From contig NC_042999.1 in NCBI RefSeq assembly GCF_006345805.1, positions 161,076,001-161,140,000 on the forward strand: a DNA stretch of 64,000 nt, given 5' to 3'. The notes under the pieces are model-generated. The model worked only from the letters and a program-made list of their open reading frames with translations, ran no database searches and was not told the origin of the DNA. A program made the translations under genes and the position numbers. The stretch comes from Octopus sinensis. Its lineage: Eukaryota. Position 1 is the stretch's first letter, and the number at the start of each line of letters is the position of its first letter. Shown one piece after another: positions 63,919 through 64,000 of the stretch.

Positions 63919-64000
63919 TATGGACAAACCTACAGCCAGCTAAAGGCAAGAATCATCTACCACCCCCCTAAAGCAGGGGTTCTCAGACTTTTACAAAAGT

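Overview
Eukaryotic, repeat-saturated, non-genic or intronic DNA. The SINE families and extreme microsatellite density point to a coleoid cephalopod, probably octopus (inference). No intact host gene is recognisable. The window is a layered TE graveyard: at least 4 tRNA-headed SINE families (called A-D here), L1/Tx1-clade LINEs (two two-ORF copies, a 3' end inside an (ATCT)n array, several ORF1 relics), R4/Dong-clade RLE LINE pieces, CR1/L2-like 3' ends, a Penelope GIY-YIG fragment, a Ty3/gypsy pol relic, three Tc1/mariner relics, a Tigger/pogo relic, non-autonomous Helitrons, an 8-bp-TSD MITE and a tRNA-Leu(UAG) pseudogene. Two things stand out. (1) Five type-I hammerhead ribozyme folds, most with palindromic stem III, sit in short (TA)n-flanked, often foldback elements. 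(2) There is a possible Tx1 'three-partner' system: two-ORF LINEs with a conserved GTAAG..pyrimidine..AG cassette at the ORF1/ORF2 junction, an ORF1-only polyadenylated element, and the abundant SINE A, all sharing one 3' tail. All folds and alignments were done by eye, with no database searches.
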